This document shows, piece after piece, positions 9,800-20,176 of a DNA stretch of 64,000 bases. Positions within the stretch are counted from its first letter, which is position 1; each line of letters starts with the position of its first letter. This DNA is from an uncultured bacterium (GTDB lineage Bacteria; SAR324; NAC60-12): positions 194,297-258,296 of the forward strand of contig CBFIGY010000003.1 in assembly GCA_965662235.1 (NCBI GenBank). The letters are read 5' to 3'. The notes beneath the pieces are model-generated. The model saw nothing but the letters and a program-made list of their open reading frames with translations. It made no database searches and had not been told where the DNA came from. Made by a program: the position numbers and the translations under genes.

Positions 9800-10622
9800 C
9801 TTTCAACTCCTCAAGGGCCAAGGCGACCTCTTCACCTTTCGGAACCCGATGGTGCCACTCTGGGCGTCCTTCAATAAACGAAATGCCGGCTCCTTTCTTC
9901 GTGGTCGACACCACCACGTTCGGTTTGCCCTGAAACTCCAGACGCTCCAGGGTCTGCACCACGGAGTTCATGTCATTTCCGGAGCACTCAGTGACCGTGA
10001 GCCCAAAGGCACGCCACTTGTCCGGAAGCGGGTCCGTGTTCATGATTTCCTTGGTAGGCCCTGCGAGCTGCAGCTGGTTCCGGTCATTGATGATGATCAG
10101 GTTGTCCAGTTGGTAGTGGGCCGCGACCAGGGCCGCTTCCCAGTTGCTGCCTTCTGCAAGCTCACCGTCGCCAGTCAGAGCATACACCTTGCGGGGGCTG
10201 TTGCTCCGCTTGGCCGCCAAGGCCAGCCCCACCGAAACGGGGAGGCCGTGTCCCAGAGCGCCGGTGTTGAGCTCAATGCCCGGGGTCTTCTGACGGACCG
10301 GATGTCCGGGCAGCTTGGAGTCAAAGTGCTGGTAGGTACTCAGCCAGGCTTCAGGAAAGTACCCGGCTTCGGCCAGCACACAGTAGTACCCACCAACGCC
10401 GTGGCCCTTGGATTGGATGTAAATGTCTCGGTCCGGATCGTTCATCCGATCAGGTGCACAGTTCAGCAACCGAAAGTAGAGGGCCGTGAGGACTTCCACC
10501 TGAGACAGGTCTGCCCCGGTGTGTCCTCCTGCCGGACTGTTTGCGTTCAGATTGATGATGCGCCGACGAACCGCTCTCGCCTTCTGTTCCAGCTCTGGAA
10601 CCGACAAAGAGAATGGGTTCAT
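9792..10622 (-). CDS. Transketolase, N-terminal TPP-binding subunit
   Basis: GGHTGADLS, SKGH, LPGHP, TGALGHG, TPP motif GDGELAEGSNWE...DRN, WHHRVP. Confidence 0.93.
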   Translation of the reverse strand: MNPFSLSVPELEQKARAVRRRIINLNANSPAGGHTGADLSQVEVLTALYFRLLNCAPDRMNDPDRDIYIQSKGHGVGGYYCVLAEAGYFPEAWLSTYQHFDSKLPGHPVRQKTPGIELNTGALGHGLPVSVGLALAAKRSNSPRKVYALTGDGELAEGSNWEAALVAAHYQLDNLIIINDRNQLQLAGPTKEIMNTDPLPDKWRAFGLTVTECSGNDMNSVVQTLERLEFQGKPNVVVSTTKKGAGISFIEGRPEWHHRVPKGEEVALALEELKDE

Positions 10623-10653
10623 GTGCTCTCTTTAGGAAAAATTCAGTCAGGGA

Positions 10654-11442
10654 TTACCAGCAGCAGAACCCACCATCCACAAGCAGGTCGACACCGGTGC
10701 AGTAAGACGAAGCATCACTGGCCAGGAAAATGGCGGGTCCCACCATTTCGTTGACTGATGCCATCCGGGCCATGGGGGTCTGTGCTTCAAATTCTTTGGT
10801 CTGATGGACCATCTCCGGGCGGGTGTTCATGGGAGTGGCCGTGTAGCCAGGGCTGATGGAATTCACCCGGATGCCTCGCTGCACCCACTCCATGGCCATG
10901 CTCTTGGTCATGTGAATGACCCCGGCCTTGGAGGCATTGTAGTGCACCTGCTCCAGCCCTCGGTTGACGATGACTCCGGACATGGAGGCAATGTTGATGA
11001 TGCTCCCAGCCCCGTGTTTCAGCATCGCCTTTGCCTCCTCTTGGCAGGAAAAAAAGACGCCCTTCATGTTGATGTCCATGAGGGTCTGATACTGATCCTC
11101 TTCCATCTCCTCACAGGGGTTCGCGTTCGCAATGCCGGCAGAGTTGACGGCAATCCGGAGGGCTCCCAGCTCCTGCTCTACTCGCGCCACGGCGTCCTGC
11201 AGCATCGACTTGGACGTCACATCCGCTTGAATGGCAATGGCCTTGCGTCCTGACTCGGCAATCTGGGAAAGCGTGTCTTGCAGCCCATCGTCTTCCCGCC
11301 GGTCCAGGCAGGCGACATCTGCGCCACATTGAGCCAGGCCCACCGCGATGCGTTGGCCGATGCCGCTCCCGGCACCCGTAACCAGTGCCACACGATCCGT
11401 CAGGTCAAAAAGAGCGGGGGTGTTCAGTTGGTGATTCGGCAT
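10654..11442 (-). CDS. Short-chain dehydrogenase/reductase, probable polyol dehydrogenase
   Basis: TGAGSGIG, NSAG, catalytic S...YNASK, ISPGYT, DGG. Acidic residue after beta2 (LDRR) suggests NAD. Confidence 0.88.
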   Translation of the reverse strand: MPNHQLNTPALFDLTDRVALVTGAGSGIGQRIAVGLAQCGADVACLDRREDDGLQDTLSQIAESGRKAIAIQADVTSKSMLQDAVARVEQELGALRIAVNSAGIANANPCEEMEEDQYQTLMDINMKGVFFSCQEEAKAMLKHGAGSIINIASMSGVIVNRGLEQVHYNASKAGVIHMTKSMAMEWVQRGIRVNSISPGYTATPMNTRPEMVHQTKEFEAQTPMARMASVNEMVGPAIFLASDASSYCTGVDLLVDGGFCCW

Positions 11443-11508
11443 ATTCCTCCTGAAAGTGAATGCATCTCATGAATTCTCAATAAATAGGGTCTCGGCCCAA
11501 GGGGCAGG

Positions 11509-13002
11509 TCATGAGGTCGCCAGCTCCATCACAGAGACATCGCTGATCTCACCCTGTGCCAAGATCCCTGCTTGCCGTCCCTGTGCCATGACCAAAATTC
11601 GGTTGGACATTCCCAGCACCTCCTCAAGGTCAGAACTCACCACCACCACGGCGACCCCTTTGGCCGCCAGATCGTTGATCAGTTCATAGATCGAAGACCG
11701 GGCTCCCACATCAATTCCTCGCGTGGGCTCGTCCAGCACCACCACGCTGGGCTGCTTTGCCAGCCACTTGGCCAGCACCACCTTCTGCTGGTTTCCGCCA
11801 GACAGCTGGTTGGCGTTTTGCTCCGGACGTCCCTTGACTCCGAAGCGGCTAAGGCTGTTTTTGGCGAAATCAAGAGCCTTTTTCTTACGGACCCAGCCCT
11901 GAGTCGCAATGGTCCCTAGGTTCGAGTAAACAATGTTTTCAGCAATGCTGTGACTCAGCACCAGCCCCTGGAGCTTTCGATCTTCCGGAACCAGCACCAC
12001 CCCACGGGAGATCGCATCCTGCGGGTTTCTCGGAGTAATGTCAGTGCCCTTGAGAAACACCGCCCCGGACTGAATGGGATCCGCCCCAGTAAGGGCCCGG
12101 ACCAATTCTGTGCGGCCCGCACCCACCAATCCGGCAATTCCGAAGATTTCCCCTGCGTGCACCTGGAAGTTGACGTCCCGGAAGATCCCATCGACGCCAG
12201 CCAGGCCTTTAACCTCAAGCACCACGTCCTTTCCCGGAACCGGAAGCGGTGGGAAGACCTTTTCTAGGCTCCGTCCCACCATGCTCTCCACAATGGTCCG
12301 GACAGGAATCTTCGCCGAGTCAAACTCCTTCACCTTTTCTCCGTCCCGAAGGACAACGATGCGGTCGGCCACCTGCTTGATCTCTTCCAGACGGTGCGAG
12401 ATGTAGATGATGCCCACGCCCTCAGACCGGAGTTTGTCAATTTGCTCAAAGAGGAGCGCAGTTTCTGCTCCTCCCAAAGCCGCCGTTGGCTCATCCAAAA
12501 TCAGCAACTTGGCGTTCAAGGTCAGCGCCTTGGCAATTTCAATGAGCTGCTGGTTGGCCGTTGAGAGCCCCTCTACCTTGCGGGTAGCAGGAATCTGCAA
12601 ACCCAGTCGCTGCAGCTGCTGAGTTGCATCGGCTTCCATCTTCTGACGGTCCACCATCCCGTTCCGGGTGGGGTAGCGTCCGACAAAGACGTTTTCGGCA
12701 ATGGAAAGCTGAGGAAGCAGCCGCAGTTCCTGATGAATGAGGCCAATTCCCGAATCCATGGCGTCTCTGGGGGAGGCCGGTTGATAAGCCTTCCCCAGCC
12801 ACGTCATCTGCCCCATGGAAGGGTCAATGGAGCCCGCAATGATCCCGGAGAGAGTGGACTTGCCGGCCCCATTTTCCCCTAGAAGCGCCACCACCTCCCC
12901 AGCGTGGATCTCCAGATCAACGCCCTGCAACACCGTGGTCGGTCCATATTTTTTCCCGACGCCCTGCAGAGAGAGGATCGGAGTCCGTGCTGTGGAGGTC
13001 AT
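11509..13002 (-). CDS. Sugar ABC transporter ATP-binding protein (RbsA/MglA type, two NBDs)
   Basis: GENGAGKST, LILDEPT, YISHRL, GLVGAGRTE, LSGGNQQK, DEPTRGIDVGA. Confidence 0.95.
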   Translation of the reverse strand: MTSTARTPILSLQGVGKKYGPTTVLQGVDLEIHAGEVVALLGENGAGKSTLSGIIAGSIDPSMGQMTWLGKAYQPASPRDAMDSGIGLIHQELRLLPQLSIAENVFVGRYPTRNGMVDRQKMEADATQQLQRLGLQIPATRKVEGLSTANQQLIEIAKALTLNAKLLILDEPTAALGGAETALLFEQIDKLRSEGVGIIYISHRLEEIKQVADRIVVLRDGEKVKEFDSAKIPVRTIVESMVGRSLEKVFPPLPVPGKDVVLEVKGLAGVDGIFRDVNFQVHAGEIFGIAGLVGAGRTELVRALTGADPIQSGAVFLKGTDITPRNPQDAISRGVVLVPEDRKLQGLVLSHSIAENIVYSNLGTIATQGWVRKKKALDFAKNSLSRFGVKGRPEQNANQLSGGNQQKVVLAKWLAKQPSVVVLDEPTRGIDVGARSSIYELINDLAAKGVAVVVVSSDLEEVLGMSNRILVMAQGRQAGILAQGEISDVSVMELATS

Positions 13003-13017
13003 GAGTCAAAAAGGGGC

Positions 13018-13959
13018 TTACGGGTGATTCTTCGCGTACTCAGCAGCCTGCTCCTGAGTGGTCAGGCGAGCAATGGTGATCTGATCGTCTGCCACCGGTT
13101 TGCCCTGAGCCACCGCAATCGCCGAGTCAACAGCAATGCGTCCCATGGCTTGGGTCCGCTGGGTCGCCGTCACCACAAAGGCACCTTCGCCCTTGGCTAG
13201 GTACTCTAGGGCAGCGATGTCGCCATCGTACCCACCAATGATCACCTGATCGGTCAGACCAGCCACATCCACGGCCTTGGCCGCGCCCATGGCAATGCCG
13301 TCTGCTTGACCGAAGATCATCTTGACGTTCGGGTGCGCCTGAATGAGGTTCTGTGTGATGGAGAAGCCCTCATCCGGAGACCACATTTGGGTCCACTGCT
13401 CGGCCACCAGCTTAACGCCCGGATTCTCGTTGATCGCCCGCATGCAGCCGGCTGTCCGGTCAATTTCCGGCGTCGTGCCTTTTTGTCCATGAATCATGAA
13501 CATTTCGCCACTGCCTCCGGCCCGTTCAATGATCTGTGAGCACACCTGATAGGAGGACTCCACGCTCTCTCCCGCAATGAACGTGTCGCCACGGGCTCCT
13601 TCCGGGTACCGGTCCACGTTGATCACCGGGATGCCTTCGGCACGAGCCAGCCGGGTGGGCACTGCAGCCGCAGCGGCCCCTGCCGGAATGTAGATAAAGG
13701 CATCAATGTTCTGCGTCATCAGATCCTGCACCTGGCTGACCTGAGTCGCGGTGTCGTTCTTGGCATCGACCGTGATCACCTCAATGCCCAACTCAGCGGC
13801 ATAGTTTTCCACACCCAGTTTGATCTGATTGAAGAAGTCCGCCTGCAGGTTCGGGACAGCAAGGCCAATTTTTTTGACCTCCTGAGCAGCTCCGGTCAGA
13901 GGAGAGAGCGTGAGGGCAGCCAGGGCAGCCGCAGTGAATAAAGCTTTCAGTAATTTCAT
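13018..13959 (-). CDS. Sugar ABC transporter periplasmic binding protein (RbsB-like)
   Basis: Signal peptide, GIPVINVDR, GGYDG, TATQ type I PBP motifs; AGGAG RBS. Confidence 0.92.
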   Translation of the reverse strand: MKLLKALFTAAALAALTLSPLTGAAQEVKKIGLAVPNLQADFFNQIKLGVENYAAELGIEVITVDAKNDTATQVSQVQDLMTQNIDAFIYIPAGAAAAAVPTRLARAEGIPVINVDRYPEGARGDTFIAGESVESSYQVCSQIIERAGGSGEMFMIHGQKGTTPEIDRTAGCMRAINENPGVKLVAEQWTQMWSPDEGFSITQNLIQAHPNVKMIFGQADGIAMGAAKAVDVAGLTDQVIIGGYDGDIAALEYLAKGEGAFVVTATQRTQAMGRIAVDSAIAVAQGKPVADDQITIARLTTQEQAAEYAKNHP

Positions 13960-14128
13960 GTGAAATCTCCTAATTTAGGATAGGAAAAGAAACGTTTGTC
14001 CAAGTTGTGTTTGCAGACAGTAAGAGGAATCCCTCAGTGGGCCTCCTTCCTCCAGTCAGAGCATCATGCCGTTACCTCCTTCTTATCATCAAATGAGTTG
14101 GAAATTCAGGAGCCGGAGGCCCCTGCTC

Positions 14129-15103
14129 TTACTTCTTGCGCTTCAGGTTTTCCGCAGAAACGGCCAACACGATCACGGCTCCAATCACCACCTGCTGCGT
14201 AAACGGAGAGATGCCCAAGAGGTTCAGTCCGTTGCGCAGCACTCCGATGATGAGCACCCCGACCAAAGTGCCGCCCACGCCTCCGGTGCCGCCAGTCAGG
14301 CTGGTGCCGCCAATCACCACGGCGGCAATCGTGTCCAGCTCATAGGCAAATCCAGAACTCGGCTGAACCGAATCCAATCGAGCCGCCATCAGGACTCCCG
14401 CAACTCCAGCCAAGAGGCTTGAGACCACGTACACGAGGACCGTCACCAGCTTGACGTTGATCCCGGCGAGACGAGCCACTTCCGAATTGCCTCCGATCGC
14501 ATAAAGCGTTCGTCCCCCTGTGCGGTAACGCTGAAACAGAAAGGCTAGGAGGAAAATCGCCAACATCACCGCAACAGTGATCGTCAACACGCCCCCGTAA
14601 CGGATGATGGCCGCCATGTTGAACCATGGAGGAAAACCGATGATCTGCTGGCCATTTGTGATCATGTTGGCCAACCCACGTGCAATTGACATCATCGCGA
14701 GCGTCGCAATGAACGGCGGAACGTTGAAGCGGGTGATCAGCACTCCGGAAGTCAAACCGGCAACGGCAGAAGCACCCAAGGCCAGCACAATCGCCCAACC
14801 CAGCGCCATCCCCATCTCCACGTTCAAGTACCCCAACACCATCATGGAAAGCGCAAGCACGGACCCAACGGCTAGGTCAATTCCGGCAATCAGAATGACA
14901 AACGTCATTCCTACGGCCATCACCCCCAGCACCGTGATCTGGTCCAAAATGTTCAGAAAGTTCCGGATGGAGAGGAAAGAATCTGTTGCGAAAGTCAGAA
15001 AGATGCACAACCCGATGAGCCCCAAAAAAGGCCCGGCTCCTCCAATCAGTGACAGGATCGGAATGACAGAATGCCTTCCGTTTTGCGGTGTCTGTTGCTC
15101 CAC
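14129..15103 (-). CDS. Sugar ABC transporter permease (RbsC-like)
   Basis: GMTFVILIAGIDLAVGS, PPFIATL, YAIGGN...ARLAGI, YELDTIAAVVIGGTSL. Start placed at GTG 15103 behind GAGGAG. Confidence 0.93.
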   Translation of the reverse strand: MEQQTPQNGRHSVIPILSLIGGAGPFLGLIGLCIFLTFATDSFLSIRNFLNILDQITVLGVMAVGMTFVILIAGIDLAVGSVLALSMMVLGYLNVEMGMALGWAIVLALGASAVAGLTSGVLITRFNVPPFIATLAMMSIARGLANMITNGQQIIGFPPWFNMAAIIRYGGVLTITVAVMLAIFLLAFLFQRYRTGGRTLYAIGGNSEVARLAGINVKLVTVLVYVVSSLLAGVAGVLMAARLDSVQPSSGFAYELDTIAAVVIGGTSLTGGTGGVGGTLVGVLIIGVLRNGLNLLGISPFTQQVVIGAVIVLAVSAENLKRKK

Positions 15104-15240
15104 GCTTCTCTCCTCATGACCCGGGCTCTGCTCAACGGCACCCCCGGAGGACAATGTACAAAATTGAGGAGCGGCTTCCGCCCACTCCTCTGCTCGCTCC
15201 ACCGAGCTCCTTCCTGAAACTCTAGCTATTTATTCTTTTT

Positions 15241-15322
15241 TGAATAAATATTCAAAATGACTCGATTCATCCCTGTTTTGTTGAGAACTTCAGTGAAGAT
15301 TCCTGTTCTGAATTTTTATTCA
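15241..15322. promoter_or_regulatory. Two palindromic operator candidates TGAAT-N4-ATTCA upstream of the sugar operon
   Basis: TGAATAAATATTCA at 15241-15254 (extended by TTT/AAA flanks) and TGAATTTTTATTCA at 15309-15322, in AT-rich DNA 5' of the operon. Confidence 0.6.
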
Positions 15323-15898
15323 AAAATTTTTATTTATTCAATTCAACTGAAATGAAGTTAGCTGACCGCTTTTTTGAAGTCAACCCCCATCTGTGATTTT
15401 TTTGGTTTCCTGATAAAGCCTAGCCTTGATCACAGGCGCCCCAAATCTGAAAATACTATTTCATTTCAGTAATAAGCATTGAGGATCGCTCTTCACGAAG
15501 GGAGCCTATGCGCTAAAGCCCAGAGGAGGATTTCATCAGAAAGAGGGAAGGCTTTTGCGGGGAGGGAAGAACTTGAGGAAGTGGTGAAAACCACCCTGGA
15601 GAGCTTCAATTAAATTTACATAATATTTTTATGTTATTGATGAGAAGAGAGAAGCAGGAGGGAGGATTGATCCTGAGAGTTTCGTGTGTTACGGTGCCTC
15701 TAGAATTGAATGAACCTTAATTTGATGGAACCTGCAGCCATTCTCTGGATTGCGGCCACTTCAGGAATAACGATCTTTTTGCTGTTCCTGGAACGAGCCG
15801 TGATGGTTTAAGAAAAAAGGAACCGCCCCTTCATCTCCCTCTTTTCCTTGGACGTCGCCCGGAAGCCCGGGCGATCTGATGGCAAGGCGGGGGTGTGC

Positions 15899-16675
15899 CT
15901 AGTCGAGCAGGCCCCACTTCTCCTTGAGTTCGTCAATCGAACCGCGCTCCATTTGCAGCAGCAGCCAGTGGTTCACAAAGTTGATCCACTCCTGATCCCC
16001 CCGTGGGGTCAGCATCGCAATCGGTGTTGGGTTCTTTGTTTCCAGAACCGGCACCACCATGAGCTGCGGGTGCTGTTCCGTCAGGTTGGCCGCTTCCGTG
16101 TTGCTGGTCATGGAAGCATCTGCACGTCCGGAAAGCACTTCTTGCCAGTCCCGCGCTGGTTCCTCGACCTTCCGAATGGTGGCATTCGGGAACAGCAGCG
16201 CCGCTCGCTTCTCCTGCACAGTGCCTAGGGTCACTGCCACAGTCACGTCTTCCTGGTTGAGGTCTTCCCAATCCTGGAAACGTTCCTCATTCTTCTGCAG
16301 CACAATCGGGACATCGGCCACAGCAAAGTAAGGCGTGGTGTAGCCCGCAACCATCGCCCGCTGCGGACTGATGGAGGCGCTGGTGGAGAGGTCGTACTTG
16401 CTGCCGACGGCAATGGCGACGGATTTCCAGTCTGTGGGCACAAACTCGATCTCCACGCCCATGTCCTTGGCCAGCATCTTCACCAGGTCCACGTCAAACC
16501 CAACATACTCATTTGTTTGTGGATCTCGGTAGCTCATCGGCTTCCAGTTCCCCGGTGTTCCCACACGGAGGGTGCCTTCACTGGCAATTTGATCCAGTCG
16601 AGATTCTCCCAAAACCGGGAGAGCCATCAGGGCGCTGGCGGCCCAAATCAGTAGCGTTTTTCCAAATTTACGCAT
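15899..16675 (-). CDS. Family 3 solute-binding protein (amino-acid SBP / cyclohexadienyl dehydratase-like)
   Basis: Signal peptide, SRLDQI...GTLRVGTPGNWKPMSY, YVGFDVD, FVPTDW, GRADA, WINFVNHWL. Confidence 0.85.
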   Translation of the reverse strand: MRKFGKTLLIWAASALMALPVLGESRLDQIASEGTLRVGTPGNWKPMSYRDPQTNEYVGFDVDLVKMLAKDMGVEIEFVPTDWKSVAIAVGSKYDLSTSASISPQRAMVAGYTTPYFAVADVPIVLQKNEERFQDWEDLNQEDVTVAVTLGTVQEKRAALLFPNATIRKVEEPARDWQEVLSGRADASMTSNTEAANLTEQHPQLMVVPVLETKNPTPIAMLTPRGDQEWINFVNHWLLLQMERGSIDELKEKWGLLD

Positions 16676-16887
16676 CGTCTGCTTCCTTAAAACAAGTGGT
16701 GATTCGGATCCGAGTGGATCCCGGAAGAGGCCTCCTCCAAGGCCAAAATCGGCTTTCCTGAAACGGGACGGCAGGAAAAATTGTGGGTTAATCGTCGGGT
16801 TTGCTGGTCTGCAAACGGGGAAAAATAATGGTAAGGAGAAAAAGGGGGAACGTCAAATTCGAGGTCACGCCTCCCGAAGGAGCGAGG

Positions 16888-17529
16888 TTATTGCTTGCTC
16901 TGAATCCAGGCCAGGGTCGCGGCTTCTGCTTCTTGCAGCGTCTCTGCCACCGCAGGAACCGCCTGCACCGCAGCCCACCACGGCTGAAGGGGTTCCGGAA
17001 GCGACCAGGAGAGTCCAAACTCGCGCCACAGCAATTCTCCCAGCAGAAACGTGGGCGCGTACCCCACATCCGCCAGCGACAGCGTCGGCGTGAGGAGAAA
17101 CGGTTGCGGTTCCGTGAGGGTCACCAGCAGGTCCAGGTGCCGCTTCAGCTCATCTGCACGCTCTGCAATCGCTTCCGGACGACGGGTCGCCGGGGCCACC
17201 TCTCGGAACAAGGCCCGGAGGGTGGGCTCCACGGCCAAGTCGTGGTGCCGAGACACTTGGCGAATGCGGGCCCGTTGAGCCGCAGTGCCGGGCAGCAGGG
17301 TCGGTTCCGGAAACCGCTCCTCTAGGTACTCGTTGATCGTCTCTGACTCTGAGAGCACCAGGTCGCCCTCGACCAGGCCCGGGATCTTTCCAGAGGGGAC
17401 ATGCTGCTTGTACGCCTCGGAGCCATAGCCATCTGGAGGAGGCAGCACTTCGTGCGGGAGGCCTTTGTAACGGAGGACAATCCGGACCTTGCTGCAGTAG
17501 TTGCTGATGGGAAGCGCGTACAGAATCAT
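16888..17529 (-). CDS. Glutathione S-transferase family protein
   Basis: SNYCSKVRIVL, PSGKIPGL, LSESETINEYLEERFP, SLAD. Confidence 0.92.
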   Translation of the reverse strand: MILYALPISNYCSKVRIVLRYKGLPHEVLPPPDGYGSEAYKQHVPSGKIPGLVEGDLVLSESETINEYLEERFPEPTLLPGTAAQRARIRQVSRHHDLAVEPTLRALFREVAPATRRPEAIAERADELKRHLDLLVTLTEPQPFLLTPTLSLADVGYAPTFLLGELLWREFGLSWSLPEPLQPWWAAVQAVPAVAETLQEAEAATLAWIQSKQ

Positions 17530-17532
17530 CGG

Positions 17533-18600
17533 TCAGGAAGCCTTGAGCAGTTCCGCCTGATGGTGCTGCAAGATCGGGTCGATGACGGAGTCCAAGTCCC
17601 CCATGAGGATCTCTTCCAGGCGATACAGCGTGAGGCCGACGCGATGATCGGTGAGGCGTCCCTGAGGGAAGTTGTACGTCCGGATGCGCTCGCTGCGGTC
17701 TCCAGAGCCCACCATGCTCCGACGCTGCTCGGTTTCGGCTTCATGCTGCGAGGCCATGTGCTCTTCATAGAGCCGAGCTCGGAGCACCTTCATGGCATGG
17801 CTCCGGTTCTTGTGCTGCGACTTTTCATTCTGGCAGGTCACCACAATGCCTGTGGGGATATGGGTGATGCGGACCGCTGAATCCGTGGTGTTGACGTGCT
17901 GTCCGCCTGCTCCGCTGGAGCGGTACACGTCGATGCGCAGATCCGCAGGATTGATGTCGATCTCCACATCCTCGGCCTCTGGCATCACCGCGACAGTCGC
18001 GGCAGACGTGTGGATGCGCCCCTGCGTCTCCGTTTTGGGAACGCGCTGGACCCGGTGCACCCCGCCCTCAAACTTCAAGCGGCTGTAAACGTCCTTGCCT
18101 TCCACAGAAACTGTGACCTCTTTGTACCCCCCAATGTCCGTGATGCTTTCATCCAGAATGTTGAACTTCCAGCGACGTGTTTCCGCGTACCGAGCGTACA
18201 TGCGGAACAGGTCACGCGCAAACAGAGCGGCCTCGTCGCCACCAGTGCCGGCGCGAATCTCCAGGATGATGTCTCGGCTGTCGTCGGGGTGTTTGGGAAT
18301 GAGCAGAAGGGACACCTGGCGTTCCAGCTGCTCTAGGCGTGGGGTCAGTTCTTCAAGCTCCGCCTCAGCCATCTCTCGGAGTTCGGGGTCCTCCTTCGAG
18401 TCGTCGGCCAGGCGCTTGGCGTCTTGAAGCTGCTGCTCGACCTGAAGGAGATCCCGGTAGGTGAGGGTGATCTCCTCCAGTTCGGCGTGCTCGCGGGTCA
18501 GCTTTTGGTAACGTGCCTGATCGGCCAGAACCTCCGGGTCCCCCAGCTGTTCGGTGAGCCGCTCGTAACGTTCACTGATGCCCGCCAGCTTATCTCGCAT
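17533..18600 (-). CDS. prfA: Peptide chain release factor 1
   Basis: [14 protein letters not shown] (PxT) anticodon loop in [26 protein letters not shown]. Confidence 0.97.
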   Translation of the reverse strand: MRDKLAGISERYERLTEQLGDPEVLADQARYQKLTREHAELEEITLTYRDLLQVEQQLQDAKRLADDSKEDPELREMAEAELEELTPRLEQLERQVSLLLIPKHPDDSRDIILEIRAGTGGDEAALFARDLFRMYARYAETRRWKFNILDESITDIGGYKEVTVSVEGKDVYSRLKFEGGVHRVQRVPKTETQGRIHTSAATVAVMPEAEDVEIDINPADLRIDVYRSSGAGGQHVNTTDSAVRITHIPTGIVVTCQNEKSQHKNRSHAMKVLRARLYEEHMASQHEAETEQRRSMVGSGDRSERIRTYNFPQGRLTDHRVGLTLYRLEEILMGDLDSVIDPILQHHQAELLKAS

Positions 18601-18806
18601 CAGGCGCGCTGGTAGCGGCGTTTGAACTTCTCAATACGGCCGGCCGTGTCAACCACACGCTGAGCCTGCCCCGTAAAGAACGGGTGGCAGCCCGAGCAAA
18701 TCTCCACGGTCTGCTCACCACCCAGGGTGGACTCAGCCTTCCAGGTGGTACCACAAGCACAACGGAACTCGGTTGCGACGTAAGCGGGGTGAATGCCTTC
18801 TTTCAT
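18600..18806 (-). CDS. rpmE: 50S ribosomal protein L31 (zinc-binding type)
   Basis: [30 protein letters not shown]. Confidence 0.96.
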   Translation of the reverse strand: MKEGIHPAYVATEFRCACGTTWKAESTLGGEQTVEICSGCHPFFTGQAQRVVDTAGRIEKFKRRYQRA

Positions 18807-18838
18807 TTCAGTCTCCTCAGTCCTTTAGCTGGTTAGAG

Positions 18839-20176
18839 TTACTTGTCCATCATGTTCAAAAATTCCGAGTTGCTCTTGAAGCGCGCCACCTTGTCGGTGA
18901 GGAACTCCATCGCCTCGACCACGTTGAGTTGGGCGAGCACCTTACGGAGGACCCAGATGCGGTCCAGGTCGCCTTTCTCAATCAACAGCTCTTCCTTCCG
19001 GGTTCCAGACTTATTGATGTCGATCGACGGGAAGATGCGTTTTTCGACCAGCTTGCGGTCCAGAACCAGTTCCATATTACCGGTTCCTTTGAACTCTTCA
19101 AAGATGACTTCGTCCATGCGGCTTCCGGTGTCAATCAAAGCGGTGGCAATGATCGTCAGGGAGCCTCCCTCTTCCACGTTCCGGGCCGCGCCAAAGAAGC
19201 GCTTGGGCTTGTGCAACGCGTTCGAGTCCACCCCTCCGGAGAGGATCTTGCCGCTCGGCGGAACCACGGAGTTGTACGCACGGGCCAAGCGAGTGATGGA
19301 GTCTAGCAGAATCACCACGTCCCGCTGATGCTCCACCAGACGCTTTGCCTTTTCCAACACCATTTCAGAGACTTGGACGTGCCGAGTCGCCGGCTCATCG
19401 AAGGTGGAGCTGACCACCTCACCGCGCACAGAGCGCTGCATGTCGGTCACCTCTTCCGGACGCTCATCAATCAGCAGCACGATCAGGTCCACCTCCGGGT
19501 GGTTGGCGGTGATGCTGTTGGCGATCGACTGCAGGATCATCGTCTTACCCGTCCGAGGCGGTGCCACGATCAGACCCCGCTGCCCCTTACCAATCGGTGT
19601 TGCCAGGTCAATGATCCGGGTCGTCAGATCCGATTCACCTCGCTCCAGCTTGATGCGTTCCTGCGGATAAAGCGGAGTCAGGTTGTCAAAGAGAATCTTG
19701 TCAAATGCGACTTCCGGAGGCTGAAAGTTCACCGATTCCACCTTCAGCAAAGCGTAGTACCGCTCGCTCTCTTTAGGCGGACGAATCAGGCCAGAAATGG
19801 TGTCGCCGGTGCGGAGATTAAAGCGTCGAATTTGCGACGGAGAAACGTAAATGTCATCCGGCCCCGGGAGGTAGTTGTAATCAGGGGCACGCAGGAATCC
19901 AAATCCATCCGGAAGCGTCTCCAACACCCCTGATGCGTAAATGGATCCATTCTGTTTCGTTTGCGCCTGCAGCAGCTCAAAAATCAGATCCTGCACACGC
20001 ATGCTGTTGGCGTTCTCAATGTCGTATTCTCGGGCGACTTTAATGAGAGCGGTGATGTCTTTTTTCTTTAACTCAACAAGATTCAGGGTATCGGGGGAAT
20101 CTTTGGCTGGCATTTCCGTACTGGTATCGCGGTTGCGGGAGGAGGATCTGCGGGAGGTCGCTGCTTGTGCCTTCAT
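18839..20176 (-). CDS. rho: Transcription termination factor Rho
   Basis: [61 protein letters not shown]. Confidence 0.98.
   Translation of the reverse strand: MKAQAATSRRSSSRNRDTSTEMPAKDSPDTLNLVELKKKDITALIKVAREYDIENANSMRVQDLIFELLQAQTKQNGSIYASGVLETLPDGFGFLRAPDYNYLPGPDDIYVSPSQIRRFNLRTGDTISGLIRPPKESERYYALLKVESVNFQPPEVAFDKILFDNLTPLYPQERIKLERGESDLTTRIIDLATPIGKGQRGLIVAPPRTGKTMILQSIANSITANHPEVDLIVLLIDERPEEVTDMQRSVRGEVVSSTFDEPATRHVQVSEMVLEKAKRLVEHQRDVVILLDSITRLARAYNSVVPPSGKILSGGVDSNALHKPKRFFGAARNVEEGGSLTIIATALIDTGSRMDEVIFEEFKGTGNMELVLDRKLVEKRIFPSIDINKSGTRKEELLIEKGDLDRIWVLRKVLAQLNVVEAMEFLTDKVARFKSNSEFLNMMDK

Noticed and set aside
15350..15880. AT-rich non-coding stretch as mobile element, origin or CRISPR leader
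   Set aside because: No transposase remnant, terminal repeats, DnaA-box cluster or repeat-spacer array seen.
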